A stretch of 64,000 nt of DNA, from assembly GCF_006345805.1 (NCBI RefSeq), contig NC_043026.1, positions 5,208,001 to 5,272,000 of the forward strand, read 5' to 3'. The stretch's first letter is position 1. The number at the start of each line of letters is the position of its first letter. Under the pieces are notes generated by a model, which ran no database searches, had not been told where the DNA came from, and saw only the letters and a program-made list of their open reading frames with translations. The position numbers were made by a program, and so were the translations under genes. Positions 35,899 through 48,851 of the stretch are shown here, in pieces. This DNA is from Octopus sinensis. Taxonomy: Eukaryota.

Positions 35899-38812
35899 TT
35901 GCAAATGGACAGAGATTTAGAGACATACTACTCGAGGCCTTTGACGAAATACAAGGGGATATAGCTTCACTTAATGTGGAAGACAACTGGAGATTCCTAC
36001 GGGACAATCTGCTGACAGCCACTGACCAGATCTGTGGATGGAGCAAAGTACCATCTCGACCCAGAGTAACATGGTGGTGGAACACTGTGGTTGACAGGGC
36101 TATTAGACAAAAGAGACAGGCTTGGAAGGACTGGAAGAACGGTGGTAGCAGGGAATTGTATCAGACAGCCAGAAGGGAAGCTAGGAGACAGGTTTATCTA
36201 GCCAGAGGGGAAGCGGATAAGAAAAAATTTGCCAATGTTCTGAGCCGTGAGGATGAAAGACTTGAGGTATTTCGTGTTGCAAGACAGTGTGAGAGAGAAT
36301 CGTGATGTGGTAGGAGAGAAGTGTGTTCGCATGGATGATGGTTCACTTGCGCTAAATGAGGATGCAAAGAGAGAGGTTTGGAGATGCCACTATGAAAGGT
36401 TGCTGAATAAAGAAAATGAATGGGATAAAGAGAGTCTGCCGAATGTTGACCCAACAGAGGGACCAGCTATCCGAGTTGATAGTTCCGTGGTAGCTAAGGC
36501 AATTAGAAGCATGAAGACAGGGAAAGCCCCAGGCCCATCAGGAATTACTGCAGAGATGCTCAAAATATCTGGCAGTGTCGGCTATAGCCTAGTCACCCGT
36601 ATAGTCAACCAGGTGATACACGAAGGAGTCATACCCAATGACTGGTGTAGCAGCATACTAGTCAACTGCTACAAAGGTAAAGGTGATGCCCTAGATACAA
36701 ATAATTACAGAGGTATCAAGCTGTTGGATCAAGTAATGAAGGTTATGGAGAGGGTCATAGCCCAACTAATTAGAGAGAGAGTTAGTTTAGATGAGATGCA
36801 GTTTGGGTTCGTGCCAGGGAAAAGTACCACTGATGCTATATTCCTGGTAAGGCAGCTGCAGGAGAAATACCTAGCCAAAGATAAGCCCCTGTACCTGGCT
36901 TTTGTTGACATGGAGAAAGCTTTTGATAGGGTCCCCCGATCCCTTATCTGGTGGTCAATGAGGAAACTAGGGATAGATGAATGGCTGGTGAGGACTGTGC
37001 AAGCCATGTACAGAGATGCCGTAAGTAAGGTTAGGGTTGGCAACATGTACACAGAAGAATTCAAAGTAGAGGTTGGGGTCCACCAGGGTTCAGTACTCAG
37101 CCCCCTCCTATTTATCATAGTCCTCCAGGCAATTACGGAGGAATTCAAGACAGGTTGTCCCTGGGAGCTCCTCTACGCTGACGACCTTGCTCTTATTGCT
37201 GAGTCACTATCAGAGCTGGAGGAGAAGTTCCAGGTGTGGAAGGAGGGTTTAGAATCGAGGGGCCTTAGAGTCAACCTAGCTAAAACCAAAGTACTAATAA
37301 GTAGGAAGGTAGACAATCCACAAATGTCTTCAGGAAGATGGCCCTGCTCGATCTGTAGAAAAGGTGTAGGTAGAAACTCTATAAGATGTACCCAGTGTAG
37401 GCTATGGACACATAAGAGGTGCAGCAATGTCAAAGGTAGGCTAACTGGGAAGATAGTTTTTGTATGTGGCAGATGCTCTGGAGCATTAACCTCCGAAAAT
37501 CTGCAGAAAATAACTTCCGTCACTTTCCAGGGGGAAAAACTAGAAGTAGTTGATAGCTTCCGTTATCTAGGTGACCAAGTCAGTAGTGGGGGTGGGTGCG
37601 CTGAAAGTGTAACTGCTAGAATAAGAATAGCCTGGGCAAAGTTTAGGGAGCTCTTACCTCTGCTGGTGACTAAAGGCCTCTCGCTCAGAGTAAAAGGCAG
37701 ACTGTATGATGCGTGTGTACGAACAGCCATGCTACATGGCAGTGAAACATGGGCCGTGACTGCCGAGGACATGCGTAAGCTCGTGAGGAATGAAGCCAGT
37801 ATGCTCCGATGGATGTGTAATGTCAGTGTACATACTTGACAGAGCGTTAGCACCTTGAGAGAAATGTTGTACCTAAGAGGCATCAGTTGTGGTGTGCAAG
37901 AGAGACGATTGCGCTGGTATGGTCATGTGGCGAGAATGGATGAAGATAGGTGTGTGAGAAAGTGCCAATCCTTAGCATGGAAGAGGTAGACCCAGGAAAA
38001 CCTGGGACGAGGTGGGGAAGCACGACCTTCGAACTTTAGGCCTCACTGAGGAAATGACCAGCGACCGAGACCTTTGGAAATATTCTGTACGTGAGAAGAC
38101 CAGGCAGGACAAGTGAGCCCAGCCCACTTATGAATGCCTTTCCTCCCTTGGACACAAAGATCTGTTGAGGCAAGCAAAGTCGATATAGAACCTCATCCGA
38201 CGACAGGCACCCATGCCAACCCCCCTTTGCATGTGAAGACATGTTGGGGCAATCGAAATCGAATTGAACCAGCCAGGATCCTCTGGTCTGGTGGTACGTA
38301 AAAAGCACTATCCGACTCGTGGCCGATGCCAGCGCCGCCTCCACTGGCTTCCGTGCTGGTGGCACGTAAAATACACCAATCTGACCGTACGACAGGCACC
38401 CATGCCAACTCCCTTGCTTGCGAAGACATGTTGGGGCAATCGAAAATGAAATCGAAATCGAATTGAACCAGCCAGGATCCCTGGTCTGGTGGTACGTAAA
38501 AAGCACTATCCGACTCGTGGCCGATGCCAGCGCCGCCTCGACTGGCTTCCGTGCCGGTGGCACATAAAATACACCAATCCGACCGTGGCCGTTGCCAGCC
38601 TCGCCTGGCACCTGTCCAGGTGGCACGTAAAAAGCACCCACTACACTCACGGACTGGTTGGCGTTAGGAAGGGCATCCAGCTGTAGAAACACTGCCAGAT
38701 AAGACTGGAGCCTGGTGCAGCCTTCTGGCTTCCCAGATCCCCGGTCGAACCGTCCAACCCATGCTAGCATGGAGAACGGACGTTAAACGATGATGATGAT
38801 GATGATGATGAT
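35899..38812 (+). mobile_element. 5'-truncated RTE/BovB-type LINE with complete 3' UTR and (GAT)n tail
   Basis: RT motifs in the 530-aa frame, frameshift near 36290, stop at 37837, modular 3' UTR. Confidence 0.95.
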
Positions 38813-39503
38813 ATATATATATACACACATGTATATACACACATTTATGCATATAATTCAAGCTAATTAATTAGTGAGAGAATGTAACGCAGTGCCCATA
38901 ACTTACTCACTGCCCCAAAACCTAATAATTACGTGAGCAGAATGGTAGCAACGTATTACTGGTATTTCATGTTTTTCATTGTCTGGCGAGATGCTGTGTA
39001 AAGTTAGTTCAAATAGTATGTCATGGCTGGAATGTCTTAGCTTCTAAATTTGAAGGATCATGGTTGAGTTGGGGCCAAACTGCTCTAACTACATTAATAC
39101 CAACCTCTCCCTCTGATAGGCACCATGACCACCACCTCTATGACCCTTGTCACCACCACCTTGCCAATTTCTACTGTGGCCACCTCCACACTTGCCTTGG
39201 GCCCTTAATGGAATGAGAGCAGTGCCATGGTGAGGTAGGTATGTCTTGTATTTTATTTATTGACCCTGAGAGAATGAAAAATACATCTGAATTCAGCAGG
39301 ATTTGATCTCAGAACACAAAGAGCTGGAACAATTACTGCAAAGCTGTCAATTTGCTACCATCATGGACTATTAGAAAAAGTAGCTAAACTTCACTCAAAT
39401 CACATGCAGAACAATAAATATGTAGGTGGCATTCACTGACTTGATCAACAAGCTTGGGGGAAATAACATGACAGCAACAACAACACACCAACAATATCAC
39501 ACT

Positions 39504-39534
<31 letters not shown>

Positions 39535-40313
39535 CACTACCACAATCGCCACTGCAACCATCAAGGTTGACAATCCTTAACTTTATTGAAGATCACCTTT
39601 CTTAAACGAGATATTAAATGGAAACGCCTGGGGTAAACTGATACAGTGAAATGATCCTACCACACCTAAGATGGCAATCACGTTGTCCATTGATGTTATT
39701 CAACATAATATTGGCTTACACACTCTGCTCTCATATTCGGTTCTGCAAAAATGAATTTCTAACCTGTTTCTTTATTTTGGGTTTGTTGCAAATATTTCAA
39801 CAATTTCTATCCGCATTTGAAATGTCTGACTGAACTTTGTAGAAGTAAACTGGTGAATTTAAAACTGGGGGTGCACACACACACATTAACACTAACACAC
39901 AGGCACACACACACATATACTATGTGTGCATTTCTGTATTTGAGGGTTATGTAGCTGCTATTTATAGCTGGTCTCACAACCAGGCAGCGATCTCCCTCAT
40001 TGAACTGTGTGTGTGTATATGCGTACGTAGGTGATGTCCAGCAAAACTGACTTTGTAGTCAGCCACAAGATTATCCACCATCTTTCCAGCTGCAACCTTG
40101 GGCCCCTGTTTTGAATTCCATATGTCTAACACCCTTTGACATGCTTACAAAATCAAAAAACATGAATTTCGTAAACATTTTCTCTTGCTCAGAATTGAAT
40201 CAACCTCCCACATAGTACGTCTATGTTTGTACATACGTAGTAAGTATATATACAAACGTATGTATATATACATACATACATATATATATATGTACACATA
40301 TATATATATTCAT

Positions 40314-40374
<61 letters not shown>

Positions 40375-40434
40375 TATATATATATATATATGACAATAAT
40401 AAATCTCTGAGCGAGATATAAACAGTAACTGCTC

Positions 40435-40583
40435 TATAACACAAGGGGGATCAGCCATCTGAATGTGGCTACGGACAGGTTGGGGTGGTGGGGGTGTTAC
40501 TGGGGCTAAATGCATCAGTAACACCCCCACCACCCCGCCCTGTCCCTAGCCACATTCAGATGGCTGATCCCCCTTGTGTTATA
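40435..40583. mobile_element. GC-rich fold-back (MITE-like) hairpin
   Basis: About 68-bp arms (tataacacaagggggatcagcc...gttactg / cagtaac...ggctgatcccccttgtgttata), 13-nt loop, TA-rich ends. Confidence 0.7.
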
Positions 40584-40593
40584 TATATATATG

Positions 40594-40630
<37 letters not shown>

Positions 40631-40660
40631 GCATATATATATACATATACATATATATGT

Positions 40661-40732
<72 letters not shown>

Positions 40733-41129
40733 AGAAAATGGAGGAATAGATTTCTTTCAATCATCAACTTCCAGATAATACCAATTCATATAATTTATTA
40801 ACTAATTATTTAGATTAAATAGGAACATCCAAATCCAACAGAATAAGACAGAATAAAACAATATACATCAATAAGTAAGTTGATGATTGAAAGGAATCTA
40901 TTCCTCCAGTTTCTTATTTTGTATTATGAGTTTGAGGTAAAACATTTTACCTTCGCCCATCTAATACAATAAACGAATTAATTGCATTGCAATTCTTAGC
41001 ATTTATGTATTAGCCTTCTGGCTACTTTACTGGCAGTATATTGGATAAATGATATCCCATAGTGGGTTACACTCATAACCCCTATCTCACTTTGTACTTT
41101 TATATATATACATACATATATACAGATAT

Positions 41130-41433
41130 ATGGAGGCGCAATGGCCCAGTGGTTAGAGCAGCGTACTCCTGGTCGTAGGTTCGCGGTTTCGATTCCCAGA
41201 CCGGGCATTGTGAGTGTTTATTGAGCGAAAACACCTAAAGTACCACAAGGCTCCGGCAGGGGGTGGTGGTGATCCCTGCTGTACTCTTTCGACCCAACTT
41301 TCTCTCACTCTTTCTTCTGTTTGCCTGCTCGCTTAGCCAGTGGGGTGGCGTCATTTGAAGGCTACAGCAATACGAAGCGCATTGTGACCAGCGATGTGTA
41401 GCAACATTTGATAGCCTGGTCGGTCACAGTGAC
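41130..41433 (+). mobile_element. tRNA-derived SINE (second family)
   Basis: A box tggcccagtgg, B box ggtttcgattccc; tail tgtgaccagcgatgtgtagcaacat also seen inverted at about 42600-42670. Confidence 0.8.
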
Positions 41434-41499
41434 ATATATATATATGCATTGGCCTGCATACTTACAAAAATGAAGATGCACACACAAGAATATATATTC

Positions 41500-41563
<64 letters not shown>

Positions 41564-42892
41564 GTACGTATTTATTAATATATAGACACCTGTCTATATC
41601 TATGTGCTTTTATGTATCTTTATATATATGTGTGTGTGTGTGTCTAAGGTGAGCTGGTAGCAGAATCATTAGAACAGCAGGTAAAATGCTTGGCGCATTT
41701 CGTTTGACTTGATGTTCTGAGTTCTAATTCCAGCAAGGTTGACATTTAGACTCGGTGAACTCTGGGACTGATGTAATCAACTTAACCCATTATTGCAGGC
41801 CTTGTGCCAAAATTTGAAACCAAGAAATATGTACATGCATACAGGTAAGCCTTTTATGTCTCTGCTTTGCCCCAATACAATCTGTTCCCTCACCTCCTGC
41901 ATAAAAACTCCTCCCCCCACAACACATCCCAAGTCCTTCCTTCCTTCCACCCTTAATCATCACCCCCTGCATGCTCCTCTCCCCCCATCACACACACTCA
42001 CTCTCAATGTCCTCACTGGCCCCCTGAGCTGCCCCTATATCTCTCACTGTCACCTGCTACTCTCTCCACATCTCCATCCACCTCCCTTCACACCCTCATG
42101 AATCACCCCCACCCCTTGATCTCCTCTGTCCACTCACCCTGTCCAATCCTTTGTATGGCCCTCATTTCATTCATATTCTCCCCCACTGTACCTTAAGAAT
42201 TTGTCCCATCACACATCTCCCCTGCCATTTATTTCTCTCTCTTTCAAACGGGGATAGCCAAGTATCTCCTACAGGAAGACCCCTATCTCTACCCTGATCC
42301 CTATTATACATTCACCTCTCAACTGGCACAAACCCACCTCCCTCAATACTACTCCTCCCTTCCTGTTGAGACATCTTCGTTTTGCAAGTTACTTGGTGGT
42401 GCCATGTGAAAAGCACTCTGTGAAGTGGTCGGCATTAGGAAGGGTATCCAGCCATAGAAACCAATGCAATGTGGCCAACACAGCTTGGTGCAGTCCTCTG
42501 GCAAACTGTCCAACCCCGTAGCAGAACAGAAAGTCGACTTTTCATACATACACACACACACACACACATTCATTCATACAGACACACAGACAGACAGAAA
42601 GCTAGATCACATGACCAACAAGACTATCCGATGTTGCGACACATCGCTAGGCACAATTCACTTTGCATTGTTTTAGCCATCGAATGACCCCCAACCCTCG
42701 GGCTAGGCAAGCAGGCCATCCCTCTCCATGCCACTGATGTTATCCAATGGGAAAGCAACATGAAATAAAGTGTCTTGCCCAAGAACACAACACAGAGCCC
42801 GGTCTGAGAATCGAACTCACTATCCCATGATTGTGGAACCAATGCTCTAACAACAGATCCATCCACTGCACACACACATACAAACACACATA

Positions 42893-44103
42893 GAGGGGTT
42901 GGACAAAATAATGGAAACACCTTAAAATTTCAAATAAATCTATTTTAATATGGGGAAGAACCGCCTTTGGCAATAATTACAGCTTAAATTCTATGAGGTA
43001 TGGACTCGTACAAAGTTTGAAGGGTTTCCAAAGGAATTTTTGTTCATTCTTCAGCTAAAACAGTCTCCAGTTCTTGTAGTGATGATGGTGGAGGATATTG
43101 ACACCTTGTTTTTCTAAAATGAACCATAAATGTAAAATAATATTGAGATCTATGGACGTAGTGGCCAGATAAGATGTTCAACTCAACTAGTATGTTCCTC
43201 GTGCCATTCGGTAACAACTTCAGCTGTGTGAATTGGTGCATTATCATCCTGAAAGATTGTATTTCCATCCAGAAACAGTTCTGCAACCATAGGATGAATT
43301 TGATCAGATAAACTGCTTAAATAATCCTGAAAATAAATTCTACCATTAAGGGAAACCATTGGGCTGGTGGATTTCCAAGATATAGCCCCCACCAGATCAT
43401 CACAGATCCTCTTCCATATTTAACAGTTAGAAGAAGGCAGTCTGGGTCAAATGCTTCTTTTGGCTCTCTCCACACATATACTTGGCCAGTGGTCAGAAAT
43501 AAGGTAAAGGATGACTCTTCCGAAAAAATAACATGCTTCCATTGATCTAGGGACCAATTCTGTAGGTTTTTACTTCACTCTAAATGCTTTGCAACGTTTG
43601 TTTTTGAAAGTAGTGGTTTTCTGATTGCAGCCTTCTCATTAAATCCAGCTTTGTGCAGCTCCTGGCAAACAGTTTTTGTGGAAACTGGGTTCTCGAGGTG
43701 GTCATTAAGCTCTGCAGTAATTTTGGGAGCTGTATTTTTTGTGATCCTTTCTAATAATTCGTGTAAGAGTCGGATGGTCCCTGGAGGTTTTTCCCTCTTT
43801 CTCAAAGGCTGTCATTACTTTCGAGGCACTACTTCTTGATACACCAAACATTGTGGCTGTTTTCTTTATGCTAGCACCTGTCATATAAGCACCAACAATT
43901 TGACCTCTTTGGAAGTCCAATCAATTTGTCATTTTAATGAATTTTAATTACCTTTTTCTGATGATATCTGAAAAGAAAGAGCAATTTTAGCAAAACATAT
44001 TAAGCAACACTAATAATAAATCAAAAAACATAAAAATAAACAAGCTTTTGACAGTTTTATAGATATTTCAAAATTATGATGCTAGGTGTTTCCATTATCC
44101 AAA

Positions 44104-44105
<2 letters not shown>
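42893..44105 (-). mobile_element. Degenerate Tc1-like transposon, copy 1
   Basis: TIR core taatggaaacacct at both ends with TA flanks; MDFQRGQIVG, IRKPLLSK, IFQDDNAPIHTA fragments. Confidence 0.9.
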
Positions 44106-44153
<48 letters not shown>

Positions 44154-44165
44154 GTGTGTGTGTGT

Positions 44166-44350
44166 ATACAAGAGAGTGTGCCTATGGTGGAGCCAACAGA
44201 GGGACCAGCTATTCGAATAGACAGTACCATGGTAGATAAAGCCATGAGACATATGAAAATGAAGGAAGCCCCTGGCCCCTCAAGAATCACCACGGAAGTG
44301 CTTAAAGTATCTGGTGGTGTGGCATATGGTAGCAGGGAAAGCACCCGTTA
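44166..44350 (+). mobile_element. Short RTE fragment joined to an RTE-type tail
   Basis: ESVPMVEPTEGPAIRIDS...APGPSRITTE then gttaaatgatgatgat; duplicated at 53895-54085. Confidence 0.8.
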
Positions 44351-45030
44351 AATGATGATGATGATGATGATGATAATGCACACACACACATAATTATACA
44401 TACATATCTATGCAGAGAGGTATATATAGCCGACTGGAGAGGGTTTCTCACAAGCATTTCCTGTAAGGAGAATTCCCTTCCTGAAAGAATTTATACAGCA
44501 AAGGTCTTTCCATGTCTGTGTACAGGAACCTATGAAATATACTATATATTTAAACACAACTCCATAAATTTCAATCAACGCTGTTTAATCAGCATCAAGT
44601 TAACGAATTCCTGTAAAGCTTTGCATCTGTCAGAAAATGTTTTCCGTTTGGTTGAAATAAATGTCTTGACATCACTCAGGTGCAATGAAGTATGCACACG
44701 GATTCAACATCCTTCGCAAAAACACTTCTATGTGTTTCATAGCCCTGTTATACACAAACACACACACACACACACATCTTTTATCTCTTACTTGCTTCAC
44801 TTGTTTGACTGTGGCCATGCTGGGGCACAGCCTTGAAGAATTTTTAGTCAAAGAAATCAACCACCACAATTTATTTTTTAAAGCCTACTCCTTATTCTAT
44901 CTGCCTCTTTAGGTTTCGTGTTTCCCTTAATAGATGATCCCTTCGAAAACCCTCATCAAATTAGAATATTTTATTTTCAATTTGCTTTAGGTTTTGTGTG
45001 TTCTTCCTATAACTTTTATTCGATCAGCCA

Positions 45031-45123
<93 letters not shown>

Positions 45124-45504
45124 TAGATATAGGTAGATAGATAGATAGACAGACAGACAGGAAGAAAGATAGATTCATACATATGTTCATACATACATTC
45201 ATACATATATACATAGACACAAACATATGTATATATATATATGTATTTATATAAGTGTATATAATTGAGATTCATTTGAATTAGGTACTTCAGTTGATGC
45301 ACAAGTCAGTGTGGTATTATCCATGCAGGATTTGAGTAAAATTATATTAATGTGTCTGATTGATTGAAAATTCTATTTATTTATTTGTTCAGCTGAGGAT
45401 AGCCCTGCATTGAAACTGATGTAATGATTGCATTGTTCAATGAAATGGAGCCACTTGAGACGGTCATACTGCAGCACCTCTTGATATTCTGTTGCTTATT
45501 TTGA

Positions 45505-45560
<56 letters not shown>

Positions 45561-46930
45561 GTGTGTGTGTGTGTATGTATGTATATATACACACATACAC
45601 ATACAGTTTATTTTGTGTATAATGCTTGCTGATGAATTAAAGAGAGAAGGTAATGCACTGCCCATAGCCTATTCAGTACCTCAAAACCTGTGAAATAGAG
45701 AATTTCATGAGAAGAATAGTAACGGTGGTATATTAGGGATACTTAATATGTTTTGACCCTTGGTGAGATGCTGCGTAATGTTACTTTGAACAGTATGTCA
45801 CGGCTGGAGTGTCTTGGATTTTAGACTTGAGGGATCAAGTCTGAGTTGGGACTAAACAATACTTCCCTGCCCCAGCAACAGGGACCACCATCATCATCAA
45901 TACTATAATCCCCTTACGCATTCCTACCCTGACCACCTCTACGATTTATTCAAATGCTTTGTTTGGATCCTGAATGGAATCTGTGGAATGCCGAAGTGAG
46001 GAAGGTGTGTCTGTTATTTTATTTATTGCCCCTGAAATAATGAAAGGTAAATTTGATTTGAGCAGGATTTGATCTCAAAACACAGAACTGAAACAATTCC
46101 TGCAAAAATGCCAATTGGTTACCATGGTAACCAGATAGTAAAAGTGGCTAAGCCTCCATTCAAATCAGAGAATGGCTATTGTAGATAATGTAATTTCAGC
46201 ATAAACCAAAGACAGGGTCGTCATGGCTAGAATGTCTTTAATCAAATGTTTTCTTGATCTAATATGACCTTGGAGGTATGCAACAACAACTAGAATACCA
46301 TGGAAACCCACGCATGAAACTGGTAGAGTATGGTGTCAGCTTGATGCAGTAGTAGTATATCCGAAACAGTGAAGCTGTGGCTGGCATCCAGTGATTTGAT
46401 CAACAGAGATGAGATGACAGCAACAATGACAACATCAACAATAGCACACACACACACACGCAGCAAGGTAACAATCCCTAATTGCCTTGTTAAAATATGA
46501 GTCACCAGAAAATAAATGGAAAAACCTGAAGTAAACTGATACTATCAAATGATACGACGACACCTGACAAGTAAACAATCCCATGGGTTAAAAAATATTG
46601 TCAAATGATACCAGCTCACTGTAGAGGCCAGTCACGCTGTCCATTGATGTTATTCAAGATAATATTGGCTTACACACTCTGCTCTCATATTCAGTCTGAA
46701 ACAATGAATTTGTAACCTTTTTCTTTATTTTGGGTTTGTTGCAAATATTTCAAGAAATTTTATCCTCATTTGAAATGTCAGACAGAACGTTGTATAAGTA
46801 AATTTAAAGCTGGTGGTGTGTGTGTGTGTACTTACATGTACACACACATATATATAAACATGCATATACATAGACATACGCACACACACACACACGTATA
46901 TATGATATATACATATATATACAGACAATA

Positions 46931-46968
<38 letters not shown>

Positions 46969-47026
46969 CTCACATTTAACAACTGACAACTATCTGCTGC
47001 TGTCTGCACCCCCCTCTTACCCTCAC

Positions 47027-47061
<35 letters not shown>

Positions 47062-47297
47062 CACTCAGTATCTCTCTATCTCTTCTTTTCTCTCTGTCGC
47101 ACTCATTCAATTGCAATCACTCTTTTCCTCTTTCTCTCTCCGTCTTTTCGCACACCACATTGACAAGTGTTCACGTATACCTATGTATGTACAGATATAT
47201 ATATACATATATATATGTATGTATATACGCATATATCTATGTATGTATGTGTGTATATATATATATATTTATGTATGTATGTATATATTTATATGTA

Positions 47298-47341
<44 letters not shown>

Positions 47342-47344
47342 AAC

Positions 47345-47750
47345 ATATATCTCTCTTTTACTTCTTTCGGTCATTAGACTGTGACCATGCTGGAGCCCCA
47401 CCTTTAGTCGAACAAATCGGCCCCAGGGCTTATTCTTTGTAAGTCTGGTACTTATTATGTTGGTCTGTTTTGCCGAACCGCTATGTTACGAGGACATGAA
47501 CACACCAACATTGGTTGTCAAGCGATGTTGGGGGAACAAACAAAGACACACACAAACACACACACACATATATACATATATACGACGGGCTTCTTTCAGT
47601 TTCCATCTACTAAATCCACTCACAAGGCTTTGGTCAGCCCGAGGCTATAGTTGAAGACATTTGCCCAAGGTGCCACGCAGTAGGACTGAACCCAGAACCA
47701 TGTGGTTGACAAGCACGCTACTTACCACACAGCCACTCCTGCGCCTATAT
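47345..47750 (-). mobile_element. CORE-like SINE
   Basis: Same head, core and tail as 4290-4670. Confidence 0.85.
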
Positions 47751-48256
47751 TTTGCAAATATTTCAATAAATTTTATCCTCATTTGAAACGTCAGACAGAA
47801 CGTTGTATAAGTAAATTTAAAGCTGGTGGTGTGTGTGTGTGTGTACTTACATGTACACACACATATATATAAACATGCATATACATAGACATACGTGCAC
47901 ACACACACACACGTATATATAATATATACATATATATACAGACTGTGTGTGTATATATATATACACATTTAACAACTGACAACTATCTGCTGCTGTCTGC
48001 ACCCCCCTCTCACCCTCACACCCTCTCTCTCTCTCTCTCTCTCTCTCTTACACACTCAGTATCTCTCTATCTCTTCTTTTCTCTCTGTCGCACTCTTTCA
48101 ATCGCAATCACTCTCTTCCTCTATCTCTCTCCGTCTGTTCGCACACCACATTGTCAGGTGTTCATGTATACATACGTACGTACAGATATATATATATACA
48201 TATACATATATATATATATGTATGTGTGTATGTATATATGCATATATCTATGTATG

Positions 48257-48293
<37 letters not shown>

Positions 48294-48374
48294 GTGTGTA
48301 TGTATATATATGTATGTATGTATATATTTGTATGTATGTGTATATATATATATATATCTATATATGTATGAACA

Positions 48375-48805
48375 TATATCTCTCTTTCACTTGTTTCGGT
48401 TATGAGACTGTGGCCATGCTGGAGCACCGCCTTTAGTAGGGCAAATCGACCCCAGGACTTATTCTTTGTAAGCCTAGTACTTATTCTATCAGTCTCTTTT
48501 GCCGAACCGCTAAGTTATGGGCCTCTAAACACACCAGCATCAGTATTCAAACGATGTTGGGGGTACAAATACAGACACACAAACATAAACACTCACACAC
48601 ACACACACACACACACGCACACACACATATACATACACACATACATATTGATGACAGGCTTCTTTCAGTTTCCATCTAGCAAATCCACTCACGAGGCTTT
48701 GGTCAGCCCGAGGTTATAGTAGAAGACACTTGCCCAAGGTGCCACGCAGTGTGACCGAACCCAGAACCATATGGTTTGTAAGCAAGCTACTTACCACACA
48801 GCCAC
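48375..48805 (-). mobile_element. CORE-like SINE
   Basis: Same family; its paralogue in unit 2 is at 58180-58580. Confidence 0.85.
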
Positions 48806-48808
48806 ATG

Positions 48809-48851
<43 letters not shown>

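Noticed and set aside
38036-38770. 244-aa antisense ORF with internal repeats (also 34570-34974)
   Set aside because: Antisense translation of the modular RTE 3' UTR/SINE; no protein motif.
44440-44680. Possible host exons: minus-strand DMERPLLYKFFQEGNSPYRKCL with AG/GT ends, and plus-strand LRR-like LHLSENVFRLVEINVLTSL
   Set aside because: They lie on opposite strands, are short, and cannot be chained into a gene; needs RNA-seq or tBLASTn.
45392-45428. CTGAGGA...GAAAC tgat GTA hammerhead-like string (also about 55084)
   Set aside because: Stem II barely pairs, the first stem I pair is mismatched, and pairing is worse in the paralogue; consistent with chance.
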